Shown: positions 48,759 through 62,577, numbered from the stretch's first letter. The stretch is DNA of 62,622 nt from Octopus bimaculoides (GCF_001194135.2 NC_069005.1:14771909-14834530), one strand, 5' to 3'. Numbers and translations: made by a program. The notes: generated by a model from the letters alone, not told the origin.

Positions 48759-48781
48759 CATTGAAATAGGAGTGTAGCCAG
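48759..48781 (+). other. Candidate 23-nt non-coding microexon
   Basis: TATGTTTTTTTTTCCACCACTTACTGTTCAG|CATTGAAATAGGAGTGTAGCCAG|GTAAGT; stop codons in all three frames. Confidence 0.4.
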
Positions 48782-51700
48782 GTAAGTTGAGGAAGGCAAT
48801 TACATGTTTTGCTTAACGAGTGCATACTACTGGTTAGGAAATGTTTGAATTCATGGTTGTTATCGTCCAGGAAATATAATTTTAGCATTTTTGAAATTGT
48901 GAATGAAAGAACCTAAGGAATTGATGCGCATGAAAAATAGCAAAGATGATTATTGCAATCTGATTCTCATGTTTTACCTTTTTTTAACAAATTAGTATCA
49001 ACTTTATTGCTTAAATCTGTTTTTCCATGCTGGAATATGTTGGATGGCTCTCTAGGGTAGCATCAAGGATCATGTTTGTGGAATCTTATCTTACTTGGTC
49101 TTCTAATGATGATTATTATTTAACATGACCTGGTACCAGGTACCACAAGGGAAAAGTATCCAGTACACCCTGTTAAGTGGTTGGCATTAGGAAGGCACTC
49201 AGCCATAGAAACCCTTCCAAAGTATGCTTTGGAGCTCTCTAGATACTTGGCTCCTGTTAAACTGTCCAATCTGTGCCAGCACAGAATGTGGCTGTTAAAT
49301 GATAACTTTGTAAGTGAATGTAATGTCATTTTGCAGACAGGCTAATTGAATGAGACAATTGGAATTTTGCTTTTTGTCTGAGTTTGTGTGGTGAAGAGTT
49401 TGAATCTTTCATTTCTGTATTAATAGTCCAACATCTCAACCCACTTTGTGTTTAGTAAAATTAATTGGAAATGGTAGATTTCGTAGTTAACAATTAATTA
49501 CTGTTCTGTTGAATGCATAATGATTATAACATCTGACATCAAAGTGGATTTATTGAAGTATTCAGCTATCCTGTGTTTGAGGTCAGTTTGCTACCATTGT
49601 ATGTTTACTTAAGCAATCTTTATGATGGTTTTAGCTACTATCTTAGGTTAGCTTTTAGACGCAGTGACACCTCTATAGACATGCTAATGATATAAAGTAG
49701 TGTGCATGAAACTGTACCGCACAAGTATTTCTTTGAAAACATCAATGCAACCCACAGAACATGCTGTACTTCAGTCTGCTCTTCAGTATTTCACCCATCA
49801 CCATGCAATCATTAGGATCCATTGCAACTCCTTCTGTAATATCAACAACGTTAGTCAGTGTTGTTATTTTAAAGTGCCGATAAACATCTGCTCACTCTAT
49901 ATTGGATTTCTTAGGCATTCCTTTCCTTCCTGCAGGATTGCATGTCAGTATGTGAATATGTGAATAGCCAGTGTTGTTTGCATTGTATGTTTGTTTCATG
50001 GAGTTTTACAGAGTCATGTGATAAAGTTTATTGATCACTGGGAAATAAATTTATCACATAGGTGTCAGTAATCTTGAAATATATTTAATTAACAATTTAT
50101 TTTAGGATCTTTTTGTTGCAGTCTTCATTCTGAAATCTTTTAATACATCCTGTTTGAGTTTGAGAAATTCTCAAATGCCGATAAGTTTCCTGATAAGGAG
50201 TTGATTTTCTTAGTGTGAACTGTTTTGTTGATTAATTTGTTTATTATAGTTTTATTTATTTTTACTTAATCTCTGAAGGTTTTTAACATGGGCACGAGAT
50301 GTTGAATTTTGGGGAAGGATACAGTCCATTAAGATTGGCCTCCAGTTTCTGGCTGATGCACATTCAGCCTTGGTGGGATCTGAAATCAAAATGTAAAGGA
50401 CATAGCTAAATACCATAAGTCCTTTTACTGCTCCCGATTCTTCACTTGAATCAATAATAGCTTGGTCTGCAACTCTTTTACTGTAGAAAGCAGTTTTATG
50501 TACCAATCTATCTTTTGTTGAGGAATATCATGGATTAAACTATTTTCTGTTGAGACATGTTGAGTTTATTGAGGCAGTGTGACTACCAGAAAATACTGAT
50601 TCTATTTTTTGGTAGATATTTAACACCATTACTGGAATAACCATGAAATTTAATTTCACAGTTAATGTGTTAAAGACTAATGAAATATATAAGTTTCTTG
50701 TATTTGATACACAGTTGCAGTTTTATCAATGTAGATAATTTCACAAAATAGTTTGAAATATGAAGTTTATATTTAGTTGATGTCTATATTTGTTTTCAAT
50801 CAAAATGGTTCAACAAATCTCTGTATACATTTATTATGAAGTTATTTATATGTCTGATATATTCTGAGTACATCTACTTTGTTCAGGGTGTCGATTTCAC
50901 TTTGCTAAAATGGTTAACTGTAGAAATTATATCCAGATGTAAAACCTTTCTTCAACAATATGGAGATAAAATTTTAGGAAAGCCATCTTGTGTGTGCTTG
51001 ATAAAATACTATATTGCTAGGAGTGTCAAATATACATCTCTCAGCAATGTTTAGTCTAGCCCCACCCCCGCTGTCTGGTGGGAAGAAAAAATTAGTTTAA
51101 AAATTTTAAAACATTGTGCAATGTGTATGTTGCCAGGGGTGCATTTAGGATTGTAGCCTGACAAGAGTTGTGTTTAATCCCAGTTCTGATGAAGTCAATT
51201 CAGTGTATCTTAGGGAATCTTTTAGTTCAAATCAATGGAAAAAGAAGCTTATGAATTCATATATACTAAATAATGTGACCTATTTCTCCTTTACTATATC
51301 TATATAACAGTAAATTGTCCCATGCATATATTCAGTATCCTTGACCAGACACATGTCACACTACCAAAAATTTGATTGAACCACTAACTCAGCTGTTCTC
51401 AAAATTCAGAATGCCATTAATGGGAGCTGTGAACCATTGATTCTTTGGTTGATAGGTCAATAACCTGTTAAATTTGTTGTAGGAGGCAGCTCTCTGGAAT
51501 TAGTAAATTATAGATGCATATTCTCATGTATGATATAATAATCCACATATCTTAACCATTGTGTGGTATTACAACAATCTTTCTTACGCAAATGTTTACT
51601 TAAACATGATACTTTCTCTCTCTTTCCATTAATATAGGAACATTTATTATATCTATGTAGTATTTATTTAAGAAGAATGTTTTGAGACAAAAGAGTCTTT

Positions 51701-51904
51701 ATCATTAAGAAATGTTCTATCAGTAGCCACATATTTGGGAATTCCTTTCTGTTTGGTATTATATATTGACGTCAGTTTACTAGGCGTGGCATATGCATTT
51801 ACCCATTATTTAAACCTAATAAGTCATGTATTCTAGTTGAGAAAAGGTTAAGGGTGGCTGGCTATTTTGAATCAGAATATACTTATAAAATATAACAATC
51901 AGCC

Positions 51905-52230
51905 CATAGACTTTCATGTCTTCTACTATAGCTTCGGACCAACCAGAGCCTTGTGAGTGGATTTGGTAGATGGAAACCGAAAGAAGCCTGTCCTGTGTGT
52001 AATATGTATTTGTATGTGTCTCCCCCCCCCCCCCAATGGCTATCACTTGACAACTGATGCTGATGTGTTTATGCCCCCATAATTTAGTGGTTTGGCAAAA
52101 GACCGATAGAATAAGTACTAGGCTTACAAAGAATAAGTCCTGGAGTTGATTACTTCAGCTAAAAACCCTTTAAGGCAGTGCTCCAGCATGGCCACTGTCA
52201 AATGACTGAAACAAGTAAAAGAATAAAACC
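51905..52230 (+). mobile_element. SINE family A
   Basis: GTCTTCTACTATAGC...GACTGAAACAAGTAAAAGAATAAAA. Confidence 0.85.
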
Positions 52231-52409
52231 CAAAACATTTTATGATAAAATGAATATTGGGTAAATATGTGGAATTGGTAGAAATTTAGGGTGAACTTTG
52301 GTATGCTATACATCTAGAATGAGGCTAGTACTGTAAATTATTTTTGCTTTTAATACTGCTTCCATGAAAATTAAAAGGAAGAACTTAATGAGTACATAAC
52401 TGCCAGTGA

Positions 52410-52790
52410 TGATTTACAGCAAAGGAACATGGGCTCTCAACGCTACCAATCATGAATGCTCTTGCTGTAGCCCAACAGAAAATGGAACAAATCATGCTTG
52501 ACATCACATTGCAGGACAAGAAAGTCAATGACATGAGAACCGTCAAGGAGAACAAATATAGATGGACTGGCTACATCATGCGACTGAAGGACAGCAGATG
52601 GACAAGGTGCTCGAATGGACACCAAGACAATGGACAAAATCAAGAGGCTGACCAAAGACAAGATGGCGAGATGATCTCACCCACTACTTAGGGCCTACAT
52701 GGCCATGACTGGTCAGAGAGACACAGCAGTAGGAGTCCAAGAAGGGGTTCCTCCTTCAGGAATGATGAAGCCCTGCTTGAAGTTAAAGGT
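52410..52790 (+). mobile_element. RTE-clade LINE 3' fragment (third family)
   Basis: LAVAQQKMEQIMLDITLQDKK...KYRWTGYIMRLKDSRWT resembles the RTE C-terminal RWAGH..R...RW motif. Confidence 0.65.
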
Positions 52791-53499
52791 TGACACTTTA
52801 TATCTCTTTCTGAGCAGTCCATAAGTACCAGTAATTGTATCAGTTCAATTGTTGACCTTACATCTCACTCTCTGGAATTAGTCTAGTGTCTAAATCAAAA
52901 ACATGTTAATTTGATTATGAAAAGCCAAATTTCTGTCACTTTGGATAACATTCTATTTAAAGAGAATATAAATTGTTTTTGTACAGCAATTATTTTTTTT
53001 TATTTGGTCTTATGCTCATTATTTTTAGAAATTTTTTTCTTTTTGTGATTGTATTATAGTTGATATATAGATACACAGACAAGTGGTTAGGAAACTTTTC
53101 AGTTACCTTTTCCAAAGGCACAGATCTTGCACTTTAAGCATCTTAAATTATCACTGCAAATAATTTGAATTTCAATATGGTGTTTCAGAGAGTAAGTGGT
53201 GTGTGTACATTATTAGCTAATTCATTTTCTTTGAGTATAAACTGTAAGCAATCTACTTGCTCATGCCTGTATATTTGTTGTCATTTTAAATTTCATTATT
53301 TTATAAATTGTGTGAATCTAGTTTATTTCACTCATATAGCTAATGCTCTTGAGAAAGGAATGAGGTTCCATAATCTTATGTGTTTTTGAAGGTAATCAAT
53401 ATTTTGTCCTAGAGAATAAGCTTATCAAAAATAGGTCACCGACGAAGAAGTTCAGTTCAGCTAATTCTTAACCTTTTGGCTGCTGATCTAGATATTTGT

Positions 53500-53860
53500 T
53501 CAAGAAATTCCCTCTCCTCATACATGCTCAAAAAATGTTTTCACAAAAATGTTTGTACCTGTAGATTTTTGTTTTGTGACTTGGTAACAGAAGTGAATGA
53601 CTAGGTCCGGTGCTGTTATAGTGACATCTTGTGCATCATCTTCTAAACCAATAGTGACTGCAATGCTATGCAAACTCTTATTTATTATCAATTGGTGCAG
53701 AACTATTTTCGCTTTCCAAATTGCTCTCTTACTAACGGATCGCTCCTTATTGAAGTCTAATATTCGATCTATTGCCTGATCAGTTGATAGTTTTCTCCAG
53801 GCCATTTTTTGGTGATTTAAATCTGCGAAACATGGGGGGGAAAATTTCACCCAAATCCAC
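53500..53860 (-). mobile_element. Possible internally deleted Merlin-type derivative
   Basis: Shares ACAGGTACAAACATTT (STGTNI) with the C-terminal part of the 29.9 kb remnant; remainder unassigned. Confidence 0.3.
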
Positions 53861-54250
53861 AAGCTTACTTCCCCTTATAAGAGCCATAGGTCATATGAAT
53901 CAAGGTCTTTGATTGGTCAGAAGGTTGCTAGGCGATTTGTTTATAAACAAGGACAGTTAGCAGTTGTTAGATCTGCTGCTCATATTGCGAGCACTTCAAA
54001 ACATTGTGGCTGATAATTCAGCCACTTATATTTAGAGAATTAAAGAGCAGACATCTTAAATGGAACAAGAGTTTTCAAAATAGAGATTCCAGATTGGATT
54101 TTTTCAGAATTGTGTGAGATTTTAGTTACAATTTTCGGTTTACTAAATTCTTTTATATAAAATTTTTAACTTGTTCATAAATATTGTATTTATTTATTGG
54201 ATGATTTAATTTTAATATTTACTTGAATTCTTTAGAGTATCGTAGAGTCG

Positions 54251-54287
<37 letters not shown>

Positions 54288-56347
54288 CATACCTACCATT
54301 ATAAAAAAGGAAATTGTAATAAACAGAAGGAAGCCAACTATGCGTTTCATTCTCAGCTGTGGTACATTTTCAAAAACCTTCTTGTAAACAGCTGATTTGC
54401 AGCAGGTTGATTCCTTATGCTTGTGAGCTTTATAAGCATTGTTTAGTTACAACTTCTGTCTTTTTTGGTGGGTGGTGTTTCAGTTTAGCCTCTTCTCTTA
54501 GAATTTGCTGAATAATTAACCCCCAGATCAATGAGAATATTGGCATGAGATTCTGTTAATTTTACTTTTCTAAGAATCTGTAAAGTTACTGTGCACATAT
54601 CTCTCTACTTAAAACATATTAGTGCTTGTTCATAAATATTGTATTTATTTATTGGATGGTTTAATTTGAATATTGATTTGAAGAAGGAGCCAAAATTAGT
54701 TACGCAGACAGTTTCCAGGTTTTGAACATCTGAGCTAGGAATATCCAAAGTTATAAACTGATCCCTGTAATGCCTATTATATTAAAATTCAAGTTATTGA
54801 ACTGGTGGTCTACTTTGAAACTCCTGGAAAAAAATTGCTTGTTTTTAGCAGTTTGTTTGCTCAAGGAAGGATAATGTAACACTGCTCTATTTTAAATTGG
54901 ACCACATAAGGTTTTATTTGGTTAAAAATTTTTTCTTGTGCTTATTCTCTTAACATTCCTCCAAAATGTGAATTTGATTGAATAGGTGGGGGGGCACCAA
55001 TAAACATTGAAGAAATGTAAGGCTGCAAGCTGTCAGTGGCCAGAACAATTTAAAATGACAAAGTGTGAATGATAGTGCACGTAAAAGGTTTTAATCTCAG
55101 TAAAAGCTACAATTGTTACTAATGCAGTGGTTTAATTACTGAAACAGGCTTGGTAATTTGATTAGAGATTCAGAATCAGTGTATAAGTCTTGAGTTAGTG
55201 CAACAAAAGGCTTGATGTCTTTTCAAAAAGCTGCATGTGTAGCAAGTAAAGATAATTGCTGGGAAGAATTGTTTGCAAGTAGGGACTGCTCTGTTAATTT
55301 TTAAAGAGAGGGATAAAATTTGCACCATTCATAGTGCAAGGTAAAGCATGTTGAAAGATGTAGATTATTTGCTAGTGCAAATACATAATGTAGGTGAGAC
55401 AGTTTGTTTTGGAGTAAAAATGCATAAAGGAAAAAGAGGTAAAGGTACTCCAGACCCTAATGTCTTTGACATTATTGTCTTTTATTGCTTAAGGATAGTG
55501 CACCAGGGGATTGCATGCCCAAGCCTTTTGCCTATGTGTTGCACTCTAAATCTAAAGGCATTTTGCTGAATCATTAAACCATATATTCTTTTTTTTGGAA
55601 CACAAAAGCTTGAGTTACAAATGCTCTCTCAAAGATTCATTCCAGAACCATTTCTTTCCCCTTGCTACTATATATTATTGCTTACTCAAAATTCCCTTCC
55701 AGATTCTTGTTGTGCTTGACATCTCACTCCAATTTAAGGGTCATCTGTTTTATGCTCTAACATCACCCAGCTACATAATCAAAGTATTGAGCTTTCAGTT
55801 CACATCTGCTATAGGCACCATGGTCTTAAGTTGATCATATGCATTATGAATGGAATTTGGTATATGAAAACCTTGGGAACCCTTTCTGTATGAAATAGTA
55901 ATAAATATAACAGAAACACATAGTGGTGTTTGAGCTATTGATTCCATTGGAAACTTGTAAACAACTGTTGGTCATAAAATGCATTATAGAAACATAGATG
56001 CTTCTAATAATGTATCTATTCATTCTTAATACACTCTGGCAGATTCAACAATATCTGATCTCTGTTGTTTTTTGTCATTAGAGAACTTCTCTCTTTAGAC
56101 TGTGTGAGTTCATAACATGTAATTCATCAGTATAAGAGAGTTTTGATACCCCACAGTGTTTCAACCGCATTGTGTCTCCTCAGTCAAAGCTACACCACCA
56201 GACTGATAAGTTTGACAAGTGCATGAGCTCATGTTTATTTGGAATCAGCAAACAAAATCATTTGTTCATGTGTGCTGGTGTCTGCCAAGCAGATAATAAT
56301 TCATGGGGTGCGTGCAGAACAGCAAGAATCCTAATGTGTTATGGACA

Positions 56348-56571
56348 CATGAGGGAGTGCTGAAAAGCTCCTGGCTTTAAGGGGTCTCATGAAAGGCCTG
56401 GTTGGAGGCCCAACTTTCCAATTTTTTTTTTACAGGGCTTAGAAAAACTGAAGGACTGCTGCAATAAGTGTGTGAATCTGAGAGGGGAATATGTTGAATA
56501 AAACCATAATTAACCAATCCTCTTGTGTTTTCTTTTACCCAAAGCCAGGAACTTTTCAGCACCCCCTTGTA
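56348..56571 (+). mobile_element. Mariner-type MITE retaining the transposase C-terminus
   Basis: TIRs ..GAGGGAGTGCTGAAAAGCTCCTGGCTTT / AAAGCCAGGAACTTTTCAGCACCCCCTTGTA; internal LQGLEKLKDCCNKCVNLRGEYVE* matches the mariner G...L..RW.KC....G.Y.E end. Confidence 0.85.
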
Positions 56572-59500
56572 TAGTCTAAAAGGAAAAGGTATTCTCTAAT
56601 GGCACGAAACAACAGTGATCAGATATTCACATTTGTATCTGGTAAAACATTAAGAAAGAATGAACAGACATTATTGTTTGGATTCTCACTGTTTGTGCAC
56701 CTCTTGAATTATTAGATACTTTTTATACATTTCCAATAAGTTGTGGGTATTGGTATATAATTTTGGGGAATCTAATCCTAGTTTATTTAACTCTCATACT
56801 ACAGAATTTATGAAATGTTGCAAGTGAAGGCTTCTGCCATGACTTAGCTGGCATAGTAAACCATACTTGAATCATTTTTGCCCAATAAATTCTTTTTGCT
56901 GTTAAAGTACTTGTATTCTGTTGGTGTGGGCGAGCTTATTTATTTCTGTTGAAGCTTCATGTGAATAGCTGCAAAATTGATTATTATTAAATATTTGACA
57001 TATTGATCGTTTATTTATATACGTTTGCGTCAATAGGATTTCTATGAGGTTGTTTCAGAAGTAATTTTTATCTCTGAGTGTATGAATGGCATGACCTACT
57101 CTTTTCATTGACAGGTGTTGTTATTTCCCATGGACATATGGTGGCGAATTTCTTTCTTTCTTTCTTTTCCTTTTTTTTTTTTTCCATTTTAATGCAAAAA
57201 AAATAGTCTATCAAAGGAAAAGACAAAAACAACTGACAGAAAGCAAGAAAGATTAGAATCAAGTTTTTCTTTAAACAGACATTGATTGCAATTGAGAATA
57301 TTTGCAAGTGTTTAGTCTATTGTTCCTAGTTAGTGCATACCATCGTTGTTCTTAACTGATTACATACTATATCCATCTCAACCCACCTGAAATGTCACTT
57401 CTACCTTGGCCTTGGCCCCATATCAGAATATCGTCTTGAATTCCCTTCCTGCCTGTGGTTTCCTTCAGATATGAAACTGAGTAAAAAGACACATAGACCT
57501 TAATATATGGGAGGGTCCGCTGAAGTGATGGGTACAGTCCCTCCTAATTAAACCATAAAAAGAAATGTACTAGTCATGCTAGATTGGCAGTAAGTTGTTT
57601 GTAGTAGCAGTAGAACAAAGGAGGTAGGGGTTGATCTGAGATTGATCTATGCCACAGAACAATACAAGGTAGATTTGAGACAGGTGTAATATTGACTAAT
57701 AAACTTTTTTGAGTGGATAACTGCTTGAAGTGCATATTCATTTTGAACATGTTTGCTGATCGGAATGAAACTGTAGTGAGGAAGAATTTGAGGGGAATGT
57801 AAGTTTGATGCATAATATAGATAACAGGTGGAGGAGGAGTGAGTTTTATTGATAAATATGGAATACAGTCAGCAAGTTTAGTGGTGGTGGATACAATTTT
57901 AACAGCATTAGAAGACATCACACTTCATTACATTGAATCAAAATTTAGCACCATTTTGTGTGTGTGTATGTTTAGTGGGGGTTGAAGTTTTGACACTACT
58001 TGACACATTCTCTTCCTATTAATTACTCATAGGAACACTTATATTTTGTAATGCAATCATAATATATGACAGAATATGTTAAATGCTTTATAAGTCAATA
58101 CTGTGTCCTACTGTGTTAGCAGTGTTATTAAATCACATGTTTAAAGTTATCTCTGCAAATTATTCTATAGAAATTATAACCAACAATTAATTTGTTACGA
58201 TGTTTCATATTTGAATATGTCTAATGTAATTGATTGAAGATGGAAAAATAGGTAATGGGTGTATATACCATATTTCAGGAGTTCTTACTCTTTCTTCAGC
58301 ACCCATCCAACCCATTAACCATCCATGAACTCATTGCTTAAATATCCACTAAATATAGCAGTGTCACATTATTGGATATACCAATTTTACATATTAATCA
58401 CAAACCTGGAAGCTTGTATGTACATGTTGATTACACCATATTGTAGGGACACCATATTTAGTTAAAACTATTGAAACCTGCATATGCACTCATTACCTAT
58501 TTTTCCATCTTCAATCGCATTGTTGTTCACATTAGATGTGCTGGCTATAGTTTCTATAAAAAATCTGTGGAGATAACCTTAGCATGTGATATTCTCTTCC
58601 TTATGCTCTATGCAAAAATGTCTTTAGATATACTTATTAAAAGATTAAATTAAGCCTTTTTTATTATAAACTGGGGCTAAGTATGCTTGAATTCTACTTT
58701 GGTGCTCAATTTCCTGTCAATCATAACTAAATAAATAATCTTGCCGACATTCCTTTGGCTGAAGTTATATATATATATACAATTGTAATTAAATGTGTCT
58801 TTTTTAGTTTTGTCATTCAAATTCCTTGCTGAAAGGTCTTCAGCTTCTCACAAATACACAAATAAAACTTTAATTTCAAGTATTTTATTATTTGTATATC
58901 TTTAAATCTGTTTTGGCAATTAGAAGTAAAAGATAAGCACAGTATCTAGAGTTTTTTGTTCCTGTTTTCTATAAACTGACAAAATATATGGGGTGGTTGA
59001 TCCTGGCTTTTGTAGAATTCAAGTTGGCTAGAAATCTTGCAAGTTAGAATAATAGTTTATTGCTATTAACTCCACAAATGAGAACTAGATTCTATTTCAT
59101 ATTAACTTGATCCCAATAGAACCTGACAGTATTGTATCTTCAGTGAGATAAACTGAGGTAAGATTATGATCATATCATTTAATGCATGTGTTCCATTTTG
59201 GCATCAGTTTAACAGGATCCAATGAACCCAAGGACTGCATTGCACTCTAGTGATTTTTTGGCTTGGCTTCCACAGCTAGATGTCCTCCTTGATACCAACT
59301 ACTTTACAGTTTGTACTGGGTGTTTTTTTTTTTTAGTGTCATCAGCACTAGTGAGGTTGCCATGAGTGCCCAGTGGGGAGGGGGGATTTTATGCTAGGAG
59401 AATAAGGGAGTGCCAACATTAATGAGGTCACTATGCACCTTGCAAGCTATCTAATACAATAAAAATGTCTGAGAGAGGTCACATGACTTTTAGAAAAGAG

Positions 59501-59999
59501 TGGCTTTCTCTAGGCAGATATAGAGTCTTACTTAACATTTGCAGATAATCTTATACTTTATTGAATTGACACAGTGTTACTTTATAAACTTCCAAAATGA
59601 ACAAAGCACAAAAATCAATTCATCTGATTAGAGGATTCAAGAACATTGAGATCAAACCTTACTCCAAATTTGACAGTTGTCTACTCAGAAATATACGCTT
59701 GTCAAACACTCAGTGAGTTTTGATTTCAGTGTTCTTGAAACATCTAATCAAATTAGTTCATTTAGCTTTCATTCATTTGAGTTAGGGTAGGGTTTTATAA
59801 AGAGAAATATCAGTAACATTGTGTTAAGCCAATAAACCATACTCTTCACTTACAAAATGAATGAAAAATTAACCTTGTATCCAGGCAAAAGAAATTATTC
59901 TATATCTTTTTGTGTAAGCTTGGCTGTGTTTTCTTTACCAATCAAAAGCTCTCCATTCTGTATTCCATTACTTATACATTGTTGCATATGACTAAGAGA

Positions 60000-60063
60000 C
60001 ATTGTTCTCAACTGGCCCAGTTCTCCTCATTGTAAATACGTACTGTGGGCAGTGATAACAATG
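60000..60063. ncRNA. Candidate pre-miRNA-like hairpin
   Basis: CATTGTTCTCAACTGGCCCAGT pairs with ACTGTGGGCAGTGATAACAATG (~18 Watson-Crick pairs), 20-nt loop. Confidence 0.25.
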
Positions 60064-60659
60064 GGAGCTATCTATAATTGCACTAATGAGTTCAAATTCT
60101 GCTGTGAATGTCACTTTATGCTGGAGAGCTTCCCTTATAACAATTTTCTCTAGATACATCGTATGAACGTGCTGCTTCTATAACCTGATAATTATGGGAC
60201 TTGTGACTTGCTGGTTGCCTTTGTGAGGCTTGATCACTCTTGATTGGTCTTTGTGATTTAGTTTTATAAATCTGAATATTCCATGTTCAAGTAAAGATTT
60301 AGAAAGAAATGGTTTTTTTTTTCTTCTTCTTTTTCCAACTGTTTCCTAAGGGTTTTTTTAAAGATAAATTTTGTTGTCATTCTGATTGCTCACACCTCAG
60401 CAGCCACACAGGGGATGGAAGTGTACATGCATGTGGATATGTCTGATGATTAGATGGTGGCAGTGATGCAACAAGATGTGGGATAAAGTCTATTACAGTT
60501 TCCATTTGTCCAGTTTCACAAGGTTTGGCTGACCTGAAACAATGGCAATAAAATACTCGGAATACTTATCCAAGTTGCCATTCTTTAGGATCAAACTCAG
60601 AACTACAACACTGTGAAGTAAGCTTAGCTAAGCAACCATGCCTACTACGCCCATTTGAT

Positions 60660-61000
60660 CATTATTTCAATGTCCACTTTTCCACTTTGCTTGGGTTGGG
60701 TGGAAATTTTTGAGGCAGATTCTTTTACAGCTGGATGCCCTTCCTGTTGCTAACCATCAAATGTTTGCAATTGAGATAATATTTTCCCATTGCTAGACAT
60801 GTTTTCATGGAAGATTTTGGGAAACAAAGGACACAGCTTTCATGAAAGTGACACTCATTTATGACACACACACACACACACACACAACGCTTTGGTTAAC
60901 CCAGGGCTATAGTAGAAGATACTTAACCAAGGTGCCATACAATGGGACTGAACCCCAAACTACGTAGTTTGGAAGCAAACTTGTTACCACCCAGCCACTA
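60660..61000 (-). mobile_element. Composite SINE (family A head, RTE-like tail)
   Basis: Tail CAATGTCCACTTTTCCAC...CAGCTGGATGCCCTTCCTG; (CA)n; head GGGCTATAGTAGAAGATACTT...GGGACTGAACCC. Confidence 0.7.
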
Positions 61001-61295
61001 CTTGAAATCGCTTTTGTGTAAACTCTGTTTAGTCTATAATTGTTTTAAAATTTGATTTTAGTTGTCCAGTTATTGGTCTTCTGTTATGTGTTAAGGTTGG
61101 CAGTTAGCAAGTTTTGGTGTTGCAAGGTGTGCTTAGATAGTTGCTGTCCAGTTGTGGTGGTAGTGGTGGATGATAAAATGTTTAAAGACATCTAGTTGAC
61201 ACTCTGGAGATTGTTATATATGGTGTGCAACTATCTGATTAGTAAGGTGTCTGCTACCTAATTGTTTAAGTCGCCTGGTACATTTTTGTCTTTAG

Positions 61296-61398
61296 TTCAG
61301 ACGTCTCATTGACCAGTCTGTAGACACTGCCCTTGATCTCTATTGAAGTAGGTATAAGAGCTCCGTTTATATCTCACACAGTTCTGGCAGTCAGACGG
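61296..61398 (+). other. Candidate exon ending in a strong donor
   Basis: CATTTTTGTCTTTAG| acceptor and CGG|GTAAGT donor. The 103-nt version has stops in all frames; an alternative acceptor (CACAG, 61381) gives an open 17-nt microexon. Confidence 0.35.
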
Positions 61399-62574
61399 GT
61401 AAGTCTGCTTTGTAAAAAATTATTTTTCACTAAATATATCAACCCAAACATTTAACAAGGAAAAACAAGAAAAAAAGTTGTATTCAGTGTAAATAATATT
61501 TTTTTATCTTTGCATTTTTTAAATCTTTTCATGTTATGTGACGTAATTAAATTTCGATTAGAATTTGTGTCGATTAGTGAAGTTTTTACAGAATAAACTT
61601 ACTTTATTTCTATCTATATTCTGAATTGTGCATGCTTGCTGCCAATTATTTCTAGACTTGCTTTTTTTTTTCCTGTTTGTTATTTTTTTTTTTAATCCTT
61701 GGTATTAGAGACATTTAATAATAATTCTATCACTTTATTATTAGAGTAGATATCACTTTACCTACAATTACTATTTTATCTTCCCTTCCTATGCTTGTAT
61801 GATTTTTGCTGCTGTATGTATGTATATTATTCTCTCATAGGTCATGTTCTGGAAGATGTATTTCTAAATGTTTTCTTACGTAAATGCTGCCTTCTAAAAT
61901 CATGAGTGAGTAATGTTTTAGATATCTAATAGTAATATTTAACTATTAGATAATCTAGCATGCTTTGACTCACACAAGCCACATGAATATTATATAGCAA
62001 ACTCTAGATATCATCTGTCTTGTATTATTAATACCAGCACTTCTGAAGAATTCTGCTTTTAGGTATTAAAAAAAAAATGCAGGATGGTTTTTGATGTATG
62101 AATTAAATCAATACACCTCAATTCCATTTATAAGACATTTCAGTTTCAACTGCAACTGCTAAATTCAATTTAGAGAAATATGATCAGAATCGTTTACTGG
62201 GCACATTTGTCTCTCACAAAGCAGAAAAGCAGTCAAAATTTGATGTCTTCTTTGCTGTGTATTATAGCTATTAGGTTACTCTGTGACTTGGAAATATTTA
62301 TTTTTAAATTAGGATTGTGGGTAGGTCAGTGCCTACTATTTTGTAGACAGTGTTCCGCTAGTCACTCTTAATTTTAGCTTCAACATTTTTTTTCAGTGAA
62401 GTATTCTAACTTTATTGACTGCCTTTTTATCAAAATGGTGTATTTTTTTGCTAATCTAAGCTATTTCAAAATCTAATCAGTATGTTAGTTGATAGACTGT
62501 TTCTGTTGACAATGGTTCCTTTACCTTAAGATTAATCCTTAAAAGGTATTTGACTGTGGATAGAAAAGAAATAC

Positions 62575-62577
<3 letters not shown>

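Noticed and set aside
49700-50506. Coding exons (ORFs 49700..49963 and 50252..50506; plus frame FLTWARDVEFWGRIQ...)
   Set aside because: No recognisable domain and no consistent acceptor, donor and phase chain with the other candidate exons.
57574-57921. 115-aa minus-strand ORF
   Set aside because: No homology recognised and no splice support; it is compatible with chance or decayed element sequence.
59144-59157. 14-nt microexon (TTCAG|TGAGATAAACTGAG|GTAAGA)
   Set aside because: The donor is good but the pyrimidine tract is weak; too likely to be chance without RNA data.
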